DNA from: a bacterium
GTDB taxonomy: Bacteria > Patescibacteriota > Minisyncoccia > Portnoybacterales > GWB1-42-6
DNA length: 64,000 nucleotides
Direction of reading: 5' to 3'
Assembly (NCBI GenBank): GCA_043800535.1
Contig: JAZDMV010000026.1
Span: 5,781-69,780, forward strand
Under the pieces are notes generated by a model. That model had not been told where the DNA came from and made no database searches. It saw only the letters and a list, made by a program, of their open reading frames with translations. The translations under genes were made by a program, and so were the position numbers. Each line of letters starts with the position of its first letter. The first letter of the stretch is position 1. Shown here piece after piece: positions 34,282 through 44,707 of this stretch.

Positions 34282-35394
34282 TTACCCTCGGGGCGTCAAA
34301 TAAACAGTAACGACGCTTTCCGGGCCTATGAACCGCACGCCCCGCAGCCCGATTTCGTTGATGAGGCGTTGGGTTGAAGGATCGCCGATATGGCAGATAA
34401 CCTCGCCTCGGCTATCAATGATTTTGACCGTTTCGGGTCCGTCGATTTTAAAGTCGAAGCAGCGAGAATCAATTGATAGTTTTTCGGATAGCCTGTCGGG
34501 TCTTACTTCAAATAGGGAGGGTTTGGTTTCGTAAATCCGTTTGGGCTGCGCTGTTTGTGCTCCTGGAGTGGATTTTGCGGATTTATCGCTATAATCTTTT
34601 TTTAGCTCTTCTGCACCAGCTTTTATATCGGGCCAGAGGAAGAGAATTGTGCCAACTACTAAAGCGATGACCAGGAATGTCGAGCCGGCTCCTACAAAAA
34701 TCTTTTTGCCCGGCATTTTTGGTATGGCGCTGATAAAGAGTGCGGCTATTCCAATCAGGCCGAGCAGAACCAGCTTTCCGCCGAGGGACTTTTTGAGGGA
34801 TGTCACGACGTTTTGTGCCTTATCGTACAGGGCTGGTTCTTGGTCTTGTCGCGACTGTCCTTTTTTGATGAAATCAGATGCTTGTTGCCGCCAGCGAATA
34901 CGGTCTTCTATCTCTTGCCGGAGTGCTTTGTCGGTTGTAACCACTTGTTCGTAGGTGATGCGACTAGCCTCGTAGTTGTCCTGGAGTTCCTTATACTTTT
35001 TGTTAAAGTACGCGGCTGATATTTTATCCTCATGATTGCTCCAGCGGCGAAATACCGTAAGTTCTTCTAATCCATTGGGCCGGATTTTTTCCGCTGTCTG
35101 GATGTCATTCCATACACCGCGTTGTTCAACCGCCTCTTTTGTCCGAGGCGGCAATTTTTTTGTCAGCGCGGACATAGTAAGCGGCAAGCCGATTGATATT
35201 ATCGCCCAAATGATGAAAACTTTGGACAAGGGATTCAATTTCGTGTCCGGAATCATTTGAAGCAGTGCCAGACCGGCTCCCAGGGAAACGATGCCAATGG
35301 CGACCCAAAAGTTGTCAACAAGCCCGGCAATTCGGAAAAAGATTAATAATGGGATTGCCGCCAAAAACCACCACCATTTTATCGCTTTGTTCAT
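34282..35394 (-). CDS. Hypothetical polytopic membrane protein (370 aa)
   Basis: Three N-terminal TM segments, a central soluble region, one more TM; stop overlaps the upstream gene's start. Confidence 0.55.
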   Translation of the reverse strand: MNKAIKWWWFLAAIPLLIFFRIAGLVDNFWVAIGIVSLGAGLALLQMIPDTKLNPLSKVFIIWAIISIGLPLTMSALTKKLPPRTKEAVEQRGVWNDIQTAEKIRPNGLEELTVFRRWSNHEDKISAAYFNKKYKELQDNYEASRITYEQVVTTDKALRQEIEDRIRWRQQASDFIKKGQSRQDQEPALYDKAQNVVTSLKKSLGGKLVLLGLIGIAALFISAIPKMPGKKIFVGAGSTFLVIALVVGTILFLWPDIKAGAEELKKDYSDKSAKSTPGAQTAQPKRIYETKPSLFEVRPDRLSEKLSIDSRCFDFKIDGPETVKIIDSRGEVICHIGDPSTQRLINEIGLRGVRFIGPESVVTVYLTPRG

Positions 35395-35975
35395 TTTTTT
35401 CCTCCTCTCGTCAGCGTATCCGCAACTACTGCTGCGAAGAATTCACGGATGAAAATGCGGATTTGTTCAATAATTTTGGAGATCACGCCTTCTGATACGC
35501 TTGTTTTACTCTTTTCACCGAGCTTTATTTTCGGTCGTTCTCCTTCGGTAGGAGAAAGCTCTTCTTCTCCTCCCTCTTTTTCTGTAATTAGCCGTTTGGT
35601 CCTTTCCCAGGCCGCATGAGCTTCGTCTCGAAAAGCAATCGGAACATAGATTATGCTCCAGATAAGGAGAAGAAGCCAAAAGGCCCATACTATCCACCGA
35701 AACACATTCCACAGCCAGCCCACTAATTCGCTAAATGAACCAGTAAATCCGGCTATTTCGCGGTCGGTGCCAAATTTTCCTTTATACTCTAAGTTATAAT
35801 ACTTTTGAGCGGTTTCTGACATCGATGAATTGCTATCAGGGGCGCCAAGCCCGAAAACGATCAGGTTGGCAAGAAGAATAACGACCACAGCTATCCAGCA
35901 AACAAGCAGCCGGGTGTTGTTGTTCGTCAAAAACGAAATGACGAACCAGCGGCATATATCTTTTATCCATCTCAT
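35391..35975 (-). CDS. Hypothetical membrane protein (194 aa, two TM)
   Basis: Overlapping start/stop with neighbours, implying an operon. Confidence 0.55.
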   Translation of the reverse strand: MRWIKDICRWFVISFLTNNNTRLLVCWIAVVVILLANLIVFGLGAPDSNSSMSETAQKYYNLEYKGKFGTDREIAGFTGSFSELVGWLWNVFRWIVWAFWLLLLIWSIIYVPIAFRDEAHAAWERTKRLITEKEGGEEELSPTEGERPKIKLGEKSKTSVSEGVISKIIEQIRIFIREFFAAVVADTLTRGGKK

Positions 35976-36700
35976 TTCATTACCTCCTTGTTTTTGAGCA
36001 ACTTCGCTTGTTTGACAGCGCGTCCTATAACTTGCCAGATGCTGCCTTGCAGATCACTGTCCGTGGCAACTGGAATTTTAGGTGCTCTGCGTTTTTGCGG
36101 TCCGTAGAGCGTCAAGGTTTCCACCAATTCTCCTACGTGGATTTGTATTTTTTTCTCTTCTTCTTGGAAAATAATTTCTGGAAACGGCATGATTGTCCCA
36201 TCGCTATTAGTGTGATGGTTTTCTATTTCTATCAACACCAACTGATTATTGATGGGTTGGCCATCTTCGGCAAAAACAAAAACAATAATTTTGTAATTGC
36301 CGTCTTTACCTTCAGCGCGGGCGACGAGTTTATGTGGCCGCGGCTTGGTTGATTTTTTATGTTCCGGCCAGGGCAAAGTTTTGGATTTTTTTTGCTCGAC
36401 CTTATAGTCGCCGGTAGTCATTACCTTCACCAAAACGGCGACAGCTTTTGTCTCGTAGGGGATGGTCGCTGTGAGCGTTCCATCTTCCGAATCAGTGTCT
36501 TCGGAAGATGTTTCGCGTCCGCCTACACAGAATTTGACGCTTTCCGATACGCGGCGGCCGCCTCGCTTTGTTGTCGCGGTGGCCACTATTTCAAACTTCC
36601 CTTCGCCCTTTTCGTTAATGCCTAAAAAGGCGATAGAATCAACGTCCAGCTCAACGCGGAGCTGATTCTCTTTTTGACGCCATTTCCCTTTGTTTTCCAT
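35972..36700 (-). CDS. Hypothetical soluble protein (242 aa), first gene of a three-gene operon
   Basis: ORF with 4-nt overlap to the next gene; no recognised domain. Confidence 0.55.
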   Translation of the reverse strand: MENKGKWRQKENQLRVELDVDSIAFLGINEKGEGKFEIVATATTKRGGRRVSESVKFCVGGRETSSEDTDSEDGTLTATIPYETKAVAVLVKVMTTGDYKVEQKKSKTLPWPEHKKSTKPRPHKLVARAEGKDGNYKIIVFVFAEDGQPINNQLVLIEIENHHTNSDGTIMPFPEIIFQEEEKKIQIHVGELVETLTLYGPQKRRAPKIPVATDSDLQGSIWQVIGRAVKQAKLLKNKEVMK

Positions 36701-36971
36701 TTTATCCTCCTTTCGTCATATAGCCATATCTTGAATTTTCCGTATTTTTAGTCCCGCAGTTGCGGGGCGTTATTAGGTTGTCAAAGAATATATATTTAAA
36801 CCGGCTTTTTCAGCCAAATAGATGGCTATACTCCAAAAAGGAGAGACGGATAGTATATTATAGCAAGTTTATCGGATTTGTCAAGCTTTTGCGCTCCTGA
36901 ATATTTAATTGACTTTTATGTCAGATGCCCTACAATTAATAAGAAGCTTTAACTCTATAATCTAATTTAGC

Positions 36972-38606
36972 ATGAAACACAAAAAACTGATCATCGCGGG
37001 GCTGGCAATTCTTTTAATAATTGATTTTTCGTTGGCTTATCAGAGCTATCAAAGCGGCAAGTCGCCGGCCTATGAGGTGGTTTTGGCGCGAATGGGGGAT
37101 ATCGCCGAGCAGGTTTCCTCAACCGGCACTGTTGAGCCAGCGAGTAAAATTAATTTGCAGTTTACGGCAAGCGGCAGGGTCGCGGCAGTTAATGTTAAGG
37201 TTGGCGACAAAGTGACAGCCGGCCAGGTTCTGCTTGTTCAGGATTCTTCTGACCTGGCGTTCCAGGCGCAGAATGCCGAGGCGGCATTAAAATTGGCGCA
37301 GGCAAAATACGCGCAACTTTTGGCAGGTGCAAGTCAGGAAGACATTGCGCTTATTCAGACCTCGGTTTTAAACGCAAAGAAAACCCTGGAAGACGCAAAA
37401 AAATCTTTAAGTGATGTGCAGGCGAGCGCCGATAACGCTTTGGCGGGCGTTTATGAAGACAGTCAACGCACTCTTCAAACTTCTTTATTGACAGATGAGG
37501 TCTCGCTACAGACAAACGGCGATACGTTAGATCGAGGTGATCTGAATGTTTTAAATTATCAATCCTTGCTTGACGCAAAAAGCTTAAGAATATCAGCTGG
37601 TCTGGAATATGAAGCAGCGGAGCCAGTGGTTGGCAAAGCGCTGGCGAGCAATACCCAATCAGATATTGATCAGGCGCTTTTAAAACTCAAATCAAGCTTG
37701 ACTTTAACACTGACCGCGCTGAACCGCACTTATGACGCCTTGGCTTCGGGTATTGTTTCTTCGGACTTTACGCAAACAGAACTGGATACGTTAAAATTAA
37801 ATATTTCAACCGCTCGCAGCAATGTTAGCGCCGCGATTACCAATATAGTAAGCGCGCAACAGACAGTAGCTTCCCAAAAAATTACAAATCAGACAAATGT
37901 GAATGCGGCCCAGGCAAAAGTGACGACAGCAGAAGGGGCATTGGTGACTTCCGAAAATCAGCTGGCTCTGAAAATTGCCAAGCCCAGGCAGTCGGATATT
38001 GATTTGTATGAGGCGCAGGTGCGGCAAGCTCAGGCGACTCTCTCGCAGGTGAGAAATCAAATTGCGCAGAAATCACTGGTCGCGCCGATTGACGGCATAA
38101 TTACGGATGTGGCGCTGGAAAAAGGAGAAATGGCGACTGCCAGCCAGACAATCGTTTCAATGAACAGCTTGTCTAATTTTGAAATCCAAGCAGATATCCC
38201 GGAGACCGATATTGCCAAAGTAAAAATCGGGCAGCTGGTTTCAGTAACGCTTGATGCTTTTGGCGACAAACAAATTTGGCAGGGGCAGGTGACAAAAATT
38301 GACCCAGCCCAGACAGTGGTTCAGGGAGTTGTCTATTACGCGACAACTGTCGGGCTTTCGGGCGATGACACGCAGATAAAAGCGGGAATGACGGCGAATC
38401 TTGATATTGAAACAGCGCGCCATACTGGCGTCTTGATAATTCCGGCCAGAGCCATAAATCAGAACGGAAAAAAATTTGTCAAAGCTCTTGATGGGAGTGT
38501 TATAAAAGAAACGGAGATTGAGACCGGCATAAAAAGCGCTGACGGCGAAGTAGAAATATTGTCTGGTTTAAAAGAGGGTGATAAAATCGTAATTGATAAG
38601 AAATGA
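36972..38606 (+). CDS. HlyD-family membrane-fusion (periplasmic adaptor) protein
   Basis: N-terminal TM, long coiled coil, beta-barrel/MP domain typical of MacA-like adaptors. Confidence 0.8.
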   Translation: MKHKKLIIAGLAILLIIDFSLAYQSYQSGKSPAYEVVLARMGDIAEQVSSTGTVEPASKINLQFTASGRVAAVNVKVGDKVTAGQVLLVQDSSDLAFQAQNAEAALKLAQAKYAQLLAGASQEDIALIQTSVLNAKKTLEDAKKSLSDVQASADNALAGVYEDSQRTLQTSLLTDEVSLQTNGDTLDRGDLNVLNYQSLLDAKSLRISAGLEYEAAEPVVGKALASNTQSDIDQALLKLKSSLTLTLTALNRTYDALASGIVSSDFTQTELDTLKLNISTARSNVSAAITNIVSAQQTVASQKITNQTNVNAAQAKVTTAEGALVTSENQLALKIAKPRQSDIDLYEAQVRQAQATLSQVRNQIAQKSLVAPIDGIITDVALEKGEMATASQTIVSMNSLSNFEIQADIPETDIAKVKIGQLVSVTLDAFGDKQIWQGQVTKIDPAQTVVQGVVYYATTVGLSGDDTQIKAGMTANLDIETARHTGVLIIPARAINQNGKKFVKALDGSVIKETEIETGIKSADGEVEILSGLKEGDKIVIDKK

Positions 38607-38619
38607 AATTCGGTTATTT

Positions 38620-39330
38620 ATGCCTATCATTGAAACCGTTAATATCACCAAGGAATATGGCGACGGCGTGAAAACGCGGGCGCTTTGCGGCGTTTCTCTG
38701 AAAATTGAAAAAGGAGAATTTGTGGCAATTATGGGGCCGTCTGGTTCGGGCAAATCAACCCTCATGCATATTTTGGGATTTTTGGACAGGCCGACCTCCG
38801 GCCAATATCTTTTTGAAGGTCAGAATTTTGCGAAATTTTCAGATGACCAGTTGGCCGTCATCCGAAATCAAAAAATAGGATTTGTTTTCCAGAGCTATAA
38901 TCTTTTGCCGCGCACCACGGTTTTTGACAATGTAAAGCTGCCGCTGTTCTACAGGCAGATAAAGGCAAAGAGCGACGAAGCAGTGCGGCAGGCCATAGAG
39001 GCAGTAGGGTTGACGCCGCGAATTAACCATATGCCAAGCCAGCTTTCGGGCGGAGAGCAACAAAGAGTGGCAATTGCCAGAGCCCTGGTCAACAATCCTT
39101 CTTTGATAATGGCGGACGAGCCAACGGGCAATCTTGACTCAAAAGGAGGCGAGCAGATAATGGAAATTTTGGAGCGGTTGAACGAAAGCGGTCACACGAT
39201 TGTCGTGGTTACCCATGAAAGCGAGACGGCCCGTTACGCGAAAAGAATTTTAAAAATGAAAGATGGACGCTTGGTGGCGGATGAAATTGTGAATCATCGG
39301 CGGATAGGAGGGGACGGGGTGTTAAAATAA
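38620..39330 (+). CDS. ABC transporter ATP-binding protein (MacB/LolD type)
   Basis: Walker [10 protein letters not shown], signature [15 protein letters not shown], Walker [12 protein letters not shown]. Confidence 0.9.
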   Translation: MPIIETVNITKEYGDGVKTRALCGVSLKIEKGEFVAIMGPSGSGKSTLMHILGFLDRPTSGQYLFEGQNFAKFSDDQLAVIRNQKIGFVFQSYNLLPRTTVFDNVKLPLFYRQIKAKSDEAVRQAIEAVGLTPRINHMPSQLSGGEQQRVAIARALVNNPSLIMADEPTGNLDSKGGEQIMEILERLNESGHTIVVVTHESETARYAKRILKMKDGRLVADEIVNHRRIGGDGVLK

Positions 39331-39346
39331 AAATCAAAAAGTAAAA

Positions 39347-39877
39347 ATGGATATTTTTGCCCATAGTTTGTGGTCAGGTTTTATATTCAACAAGTCAAAG
39401 AATATTTTTTGGCCGATTTTTTTTGGCATCACCCCGGATATCTTTGGTTTTTTAGTCAACGCGATCGTTTCTTTGATCTATAATATCCCGCTGATGGATC
39501 AGACGCGGCAGCATTTCAACCAGCAGATCCTTGGCCATGTCTTCGTCCTTTACGGCCTGACCCACAGCCTTGTTATCTTTGCAGCTGTCTTTTTAGCGGT
39601 CTGGGTTGCAAGAAAAAAAATGTTTTTGCCCTTATTGGCCTGGGGAATCCATATTGTTTTTGACATTCCGTTTCACAGCGCCGAATTTTCGCCTACGCCC
39701 TTTCTTTTTCCTGTTTCGTCTTTTAAATTTCCTGGCCTGGCCTGGTCTAATTCTTATCTGGTTATCATAAATTATTCGGTTCTGGGGATCCTTTATCTGG
39801 CATTCTTCATTTTAAAAAACAAAAAAAGACGACTTGCTAAATACCTGGCCGAAAAAAGAAAAATAATAAAACGATAA
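39347..39877 (+). CDS. Hypothetical membrane protein between ABC ATPase and permease
   Basis: 176 aa, about four hydrophobic segments. Confidence 0.5.
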   Translation: MDIFAHSLWSGFIFNKSKNIFWPIFFGITPDIFGFLVNAIVSLIYNIPLMDQTRQHFNQQILGHVFVLYGLTHSLVIFAAVFLAVWVARKKMFLPLLAWGIHIVFDIPFHSAEFSPTPFLFPVSSFKFPGLAWSNSYLVIINYSVLGILYLAFFILKNKKRRLAKYLAEKRKIIKR

Positions 39878-40005
39878 ATATGCCGAGTAGTAGAAATTTG
39901 GCAGTGCTTTTTTCTAATAATACAAAGTCATTCTATTGCCCATGCTTAAGAATAATTTAGTTAGGTATAATTAATTGTTAAAACGCCAAATTTTCACTAC
40001 CTGGC

Positions 40006-41244
40006 ATGTCACTTTCCGATATTTTTAAAAGCGCCACGCGGGCGCTAAAAGTAAATAAGGGCCGTACGGCGCTGACGATGCTGGGCATTGTCATTGGTAT
40101 TACTTCCATCATTTTGATTATGTCCATCGGTCAGGGAGCGCAGGATCTTATTTTGAGTCAGATCCAAGGAATGGGTTCGCGAACCATTGTCGTGCGTCCG
40201 GGCCGGCCGCCGACCGGGCCGACTGACGTAACGACTCTTTTTGCCGACTCCATAAAAGAGCGTGATCTGGAGGCGCTTAAGAAAAAAAGCAATGTGCCGA
40301 CTTTGTCTTCGGTCATGCCGCTGGTAATGGGGGCCGATACCGCAATATACGGGAGTTTAAAATATCAGGTGACGATTTTTGGCGGCTCGGACCTGGCCGC
40401 GCAAATTTTGGACATATCAGTGGACAAGGGCGAATTTGTGACAAGCGATCAGGTTGCGTCGGCTGCCGACGTAGTTGTTATCGGCTCAAAAGTTAAAGAA
40501 AAACTTTTTGGTGATGAAAACCCAATAGGGAAAAAGATAAGGATCAAAGATAAGAACTTGCGAGTTATTGGTACTTTGCCAAAAAAGGGGCAGGTTTCGT
40601 TCTTTGCTTTTGACGAAGCGATTTTGTTGCCTTACACAACTGCCCAAAAATATATTTTTGGCATAAAATATTTTAATGAGTTGCTTGTTCAGGCGGATTC
40701 GGATGCTTCGGTTTCCAGGACTGTTATTGATATACAGACAACTTTGCGTAATTTGCATAATATCACTGATCCGGAAAAAGATGATTTTTTTATAGAGACG
40801 CAGGCGGATTTGGCGCAGCGGGTCAGCACGGTGACGGATATCCTGACGTATTTTTTGGCCATGGTGGCGGGAATCTCTTTGATTGTGGGCGGCATCGGCA
40901 TTATGAACATAATGCTTGTTTCGGTGACCGAGCGGACGCGGGAAATCGGTCTGCGCAAGGCGCTTGGCGCAAAAAATAAAGATATCATGACCCAGTTTTT
41001 GTTTGAGGCGGTGATATTGACGACGAGCGGCGGCGCAATAGGAATTTTTTTGGGCGTTGTTTTTTCGCTTGTCGGCGCGGTTGTCATCTCGCATTTTTTA
41101 GGCCAGACCTGGCCGAGCGGGATTTCCTTTTTTGCGATAACGCTTGGCTTTGGCGTCGCCGCGTTCATCGGCATGATGTTTGGCATATATCCCGCCCGAC
41201 GTGCCTCAAAACTAAATCCTATTGAAGCATTGCGTTATGAGTAA
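40006..41244 (+). CDS. ABC transporter permease (FtsX/MacB-type)
   Basis: N-terminal TM, large periplasmic domain, C-terminal FtsX-like four-TM region. Confidence 0.85.
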   Translation: MSLSDIFKSATRALKVNKGRTALTMLGIVIGITSIILIMSIGQGAQDLILSQIQGMGSRTIVVRPGRPPTGPTDVTTLFADSIKERDLEALKKKSNVPTLSSVMPLVMGADTAIYGSLKYQVTIFGGSDLAAQILDISVDKGEFVTSDQVASAADVVVIGSKVKEKLFGDENPIGKKIRIKDKNLRVIGTLPKKGQVSFFAFDEAILLPYTTAQKYIFGIKYFNELLVQADSDASVSRTVIDIQTTLRNLHNITDPEKDDFFIETQADLAQRVSTVTDILTYFLAMVAGISLIVGGIGIMNIMLVSVTERTREIGLRKALGAKNKDIMTQFLFEAVILTTSGGAIGIFLGVVFSLVGAVVISHFLGQTWPSGISFFAITLGFGVAAFIGMMFGIYPARRASKLNPIEALRYE

Positions 41245-41339
41245 TAATTTTTAGTGTCTGTTAGTTTTGTGTTCGTGCAAATTAGCGGATTAATTCGCAA
41301 AAAACGCTAACCAAAAACTAAAAAGCACTAAATTTAATA

Positions 41340-41870
41340 ATGACAAACAAAAAAGTGATTAATCTGCAGTCAAAAATTCGCGAAATCCCGGACTGGCCCA
41401 AAAACGGCGTGACTTTTTATGACATTACGCCGCTGCTTCAGGATCCGGCGTCCTTTAAATGCACAATTGATAAATTCGTTGATTTTTTTAAAAAAGAAAA
41501 AGTTGACAAAGTGGTCGGGATTGACGCGCGCGGTTTTTTGCTGGCCGCGCCCATTGCCTATAATCTTGGTGTCGGAGTAGCTATTGTTCGCAAAAAAGGC
41601 AAGCTTCCTTACAGCACGCTTTTACAGGAATATGACCTGGAATATGATTCAAATATTTTGGAAATTCATACCGACGCCATAATGCCAGGCGAGAGGGTTC
41701 TGATAATTGATGACGTCTTGGCAACGGGCGGAACTGCTAAGGCGACTGTGCTTTTGGTTGAACAGCTGAAAGGGCAGGTGGCTGGCCTCGGATTTTTGAT
41801 GGATTTGACATTTTTGAAAGGCAAGGATAAATTAAAAAATTACAATATCCTGTCTTTAGTGGATTATTAA
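41340..41870 (+). CDS. apt: Adenine phosphoribosyltransferase
   Basis: PRPP-binding motif VLIIDDVLATGGT; typical Apt length. Confidence 0.9.
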   Translation: MTNKKVINLQSKIREIPDWPKNGVTFYDITPLLQDPASFKCTIDKFVDFFKKEKVDKVVGIDARGFLLAAPIAYNLGVGVAIVRKKGKLPYSTLLQEYDLEYDSNILEIHTDAIMPGERVLIIDDVLATGGTAKATVLLVEQLKGQVAGLGFLMDLTFLKGKDKLKNYNILSLVDY

Positions 41871-41874
41871 ACTT

Positions 41875-42711
41875 ATGAACCAAAAAGCGTCTGCCGAAAT
41901 TGGCATTTTTGGCGGTTCGGGATTTTATGATTTTTTGAAAAAAGGCCGTCAAATTAATATCAGAACTCCTTACGGCCGGCCAAGCGATAGGATATTTATA
42001 GGCGAATTTGAGGGCAAAAAAATTGCTTTTTTGCCGCGGCACGGTTCGCGCCATCAGTATCCGCCGCACAAGATTCCGTACAAGGCAAATCTATATGCTT
42101 TTAAGTCGCTGGGTGTCAAAACAATTATCGCGCCGGTTTCTGTTGGTAGTTTGCAAGCGCATATAAAACCGGGTGATTTTGTGGCGCTTGATCAATTTGT
42201 GAATATGACACACGGCCGCCAGGACTCTTATTTTGAAGGCAACGAAACAAAAAATAAATTTTCCAAAATCAAAGTTGCCCATATTTCATCAGCTGAACCG
42301 TATTGCCTAAATTTGCGCAAATTGGCCGCACAGGCAGCAAAAAATTTAAAGATCAAGATGCACTCAAAAGGGACGGTTGTTGTGATAAACGGGCCAAGAT
42401 TTGCCAGCCGCGCCGAATCAGAAAATTATCAGCGCCAGGGCTGGGACGTTATCAACATGACCCAGTATCCTGAATGTATCCTGGCCAGAGAGCTTGAAAT
42501 GTGTTATCTTGGCATTGCTCTGGTTACCGATTATGACGCCGGCTTAAAAGGGAGAAGCGATGTCAGGCCGGTAAGTTTTGAAGAAATAATAAAGGTTTTT
42601 CATAAAAACAACGAGACGGTAAAAGAATTAATATTTGAAATCATCAAAAAAATACCGGCCAAAATGGAATGCGGCTGCAAGGAAGCGTTAAAATACGCGG
42701 CCGCCGGCTAA
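41875..42711 (+). CDS. mtnP: S-methyl-5'-thioadenosine phosphorylase
   Basis: IGIFGGSGFYDF..., FLPRHG..H...P, INMTQYPE motifs. Confidence 0.8.
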   Translation: MNQKASAEIGIFGGSGFYDFLKKGRQINIRTPYGRPSDRIFIGEFEGKKIAFLPRHGSRHQYPPHKIPYKANLYAFKSLGVKTIIAPVSVGSLQAHIKPGDFVALDQFVNMTHGRQDSYFEGNETKNKFSKIKVAHISSAEPYCLNLRKLAAQAAKNLKIKMHSKGTVVVINGPRFASRAESENYQRQGWDVINMTQYPECILARELEMCYLGIALVTDYDAGLKGRSDVRPVSFEEIIKVFHKNNETVKELIFEIIKKIPAKMECGCKEALKYAAAG

Positions 42712-42756
42712 AACAGTTCTTAATGCTTCAAAAAATTAAAAAAGGAGGTGAGCGAA

Positions 42757-43182
42757 ATGAAAAAGGGATTGGTTGTCTTGGTTCTAATGGTATTTTTGGT
42801 CATTGGCGATTCTTTTGCTGGCGGATTATTCATCAAGTTTATTGCGCCGACAGATATGGTAAAAAGCTTCGCGCGAGAATTCATCTCGGAATTGAAGGCA
42901 AGACGGCAGGAGATCAGGCAGCTTTTAGGTGAACATTTAATACTGGGGTTTTTAGGCGGGCAGCCCAATCCGGAAAAAAACGGACAGGAGGAATCAGCCA
43001 TCGGCATATTTGTGGATCTTGAGCTGGTGCCGCTGGTAAGAGTATGGGTAAGAGATCTGGCGTCAGACAAAGGCGTGTCGGTAAGGGCAAAAGAAGCGGC
43101 AGATGAAGTTTTAAAGTGTCTTAAGGAGAGGGAAGAGAACGAAATTAAGATCAGAAGAGCACGGCATAAAATTACCGTGTAA
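42757..43182 (+). CDS. Hypothetical secreted protein
   Basis: RBS AAAGGAGGTGAGCGAA then ATG; signal peptide MKKGLVVLVLMVFLVIG. Confidence 0.55.
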   Translation: MKKGLVVLVLMVFLVIGDSFAGGLFIKFIAPTDMVKSFAREFISELKARRQEIRQLLGEHLILGFLGGQPNPEKNGQEESAIGIFVDLELVPLVRVWVRDLASDKGVSVRAKEAADEVLKCLKEREENEIKIRRARHKITV

Positions 43183-43195
43183 GATGTTATTTGGC

Positions 43196-43224
43196 GAGTG
43201 CCCGATTAAAAGATCGGGCACTTT
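43196..43224 (+). terminator. Hairpin gagtgcccgattaaaagatcgggcactttt
   Basis: Stem gtgcccgat/atcgggcac followed by T-tract. Confidence 0.65.
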
Positions 43225-43358
43225 TCTTTTCGGTGCTTTGTTGATACAATGGGAGAACTTATTAAATTTGCGGTAACAAAGCTAAAATTTTGGAGTATAT
43301 CTATTAGGCGGAGGGTCACGTCAATTTAAGACAGATAATAATTAAAAGTGCAGAAAAA

Positions 43359-43688
43359 ATGAGAAAATTTGTTAGTGCGTTAGCTATAATTTTTGGCTTT
43401 GCTTTGCCGGCGATTGCTTGGGCTCAGATGATGGGTTGGGATGATTACTCCTCGGGTTCGCATATGGGCTGGTTCTGGCCGATGGCTGGAGGAGGAATGT
43501 TCATAGGCCTGATAATCTGGGTGCTTATTATTGTTGCCGTGATATACCTGGTTAAATGGCTTGCGCGCGGCGGTCATGATTTGTACGAAAAGAAAGATTC
43601 GGCGGTCCAGATTTTGAAAGAGCGTTATGCCAAAGGCGAAATAAACAAAGAGGAGCTTGAGGAGAAGATGAAAGATATAATGAAATAA
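43359..43688 (+). CDS. SHOCT-domain membrane protein
   Basis: TM segments then C-terminal LKERYAKGEINKEELEEKM SHOCT motif. Confidence 0.7.
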   Translation: MRKFVSALAIIFGFALPAIAWAQMMGWDDYSSGSHMGWFWPMAGGGMFIGLIIWVLIIVAVIYLVKWLARGGHDLYEKKDSAVQILKERYAKGEINKEELEEKMKDIMK

Positions 43689-43696
43689 ATTTGATC

Positions 43697-44548
43697 ATGC
43701 CTGAGCTTCCTGAAGTAGAAACAATTCGGCGCCAGTTGGACAGCCTGTTGGCCGGCAAAAAGATCAGGTCCGTTAAAGTCAGCTTGCCAAAGATGGTGAA
43801 GCTGAATTTGGGTAAATTTAAAAAAATAGTTGTCGGAGCGAAAATAAATTGCGTTCTAAGGCGGGCCAAAATTTTAATTGTTGAGCTATCTAATGATTGG
43901 AGCATGCTTGTACATTTAAAAATGTCAGGCCGCTTGATCTTTCGGCGCAAAGGAGAAAAATTGCAGGAGCAGGACGAAAAATGGAATCACTTGATCTATG
44001 AATTTTTCGATGGCAGCCGCTTATTCCACAATGACTTGCGACAATTTGGTTATGTAAAGTTAGTAAAAACCGCAGAACTTGCCGAATTTTTTGAGAAAGA
44101 AAAACTTGGGCCAGAACCCCTGGAAAAAGATTTTATGATAGATGATTTTGCGGCAATTTTAAAAAAGCGGCCAAATGCAAAAATCAAGCAATTTTTGATG
44201 GACCCCTCAAATGTTGCTGGCATCGGCAATATATATTCGGACGAAATTTTATTTTTCGCGGGCATGCATCCCTTGCGGCGGGCGAGTGGCTTGAAAACAA
44301 CAGAAATAAAAAAGATTTTCGATGGCATAAAAAAAATTCTGACCGAAGCCCTAAAATTTCGCGGTTCGTCGGACAGAGATTATCTTGATGCGCTGGGGAG
44401 GGAAGGGAATTATGTACCTCATCTCAAGGTTTATGGCCGCGAAGGAGAAAAATGTAAAAAATGCGGAGAAATTATTGAACGCCTCAAAATTGGCGGCCGT
44501 TCGACGCATTTTTGCCCCGCCTGCCAACGCCCGCCAAAGCTTCGCTAG
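43697..44548 (+). CDS. mutM: Formamidopyrimidine-DNA glycosylase
   Basis: N-terminal MPELPEVE (catalytic Pro2), H2TH region, C-terminal CxxC...CxxC zinc finger (CKKCGE...CPACQ). Confidence 0.9.
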   Translation: MPELPEVETIRRQLDSLLAGKKIRSVKVSLPKMVKLNLGKFKKIVVGAKINCVLRRAKILIVELSNDWSMLVHLKMSGRLIFRRKGEKLQEQDEKWNHLIYEFFDGSRLFHNDLRQFGYVKLVKTAELAEFFEKEKLGPEPLEKDFMIDDFAAILKKRPNAKIKQFLMDPSNVAGIGNIYSDEILFFAGMHPLRRASGLKTTEIKKIFDGIKKILTEALKFRGSSDRDYLDALGREGNYVPHLKVYGREGEKCKKCGEIIERLKIGGRSTHFCPACQRPPKLR

Positions 44549-44707
44549 GCGATGCGGGCGGGCCAGCGTCTGAAGCCGTAGGCAACGGCGGGCAGGCCAA
44601 AATGTCAGAAATAGGGTAGAATAGAAAGGTTTTGACAGAATATCATGTTTATGATATTCTTTTTTTGTTCTTATGACACTAGTAAAAATTTTTTAAAGGA
44701 GGGAGAA

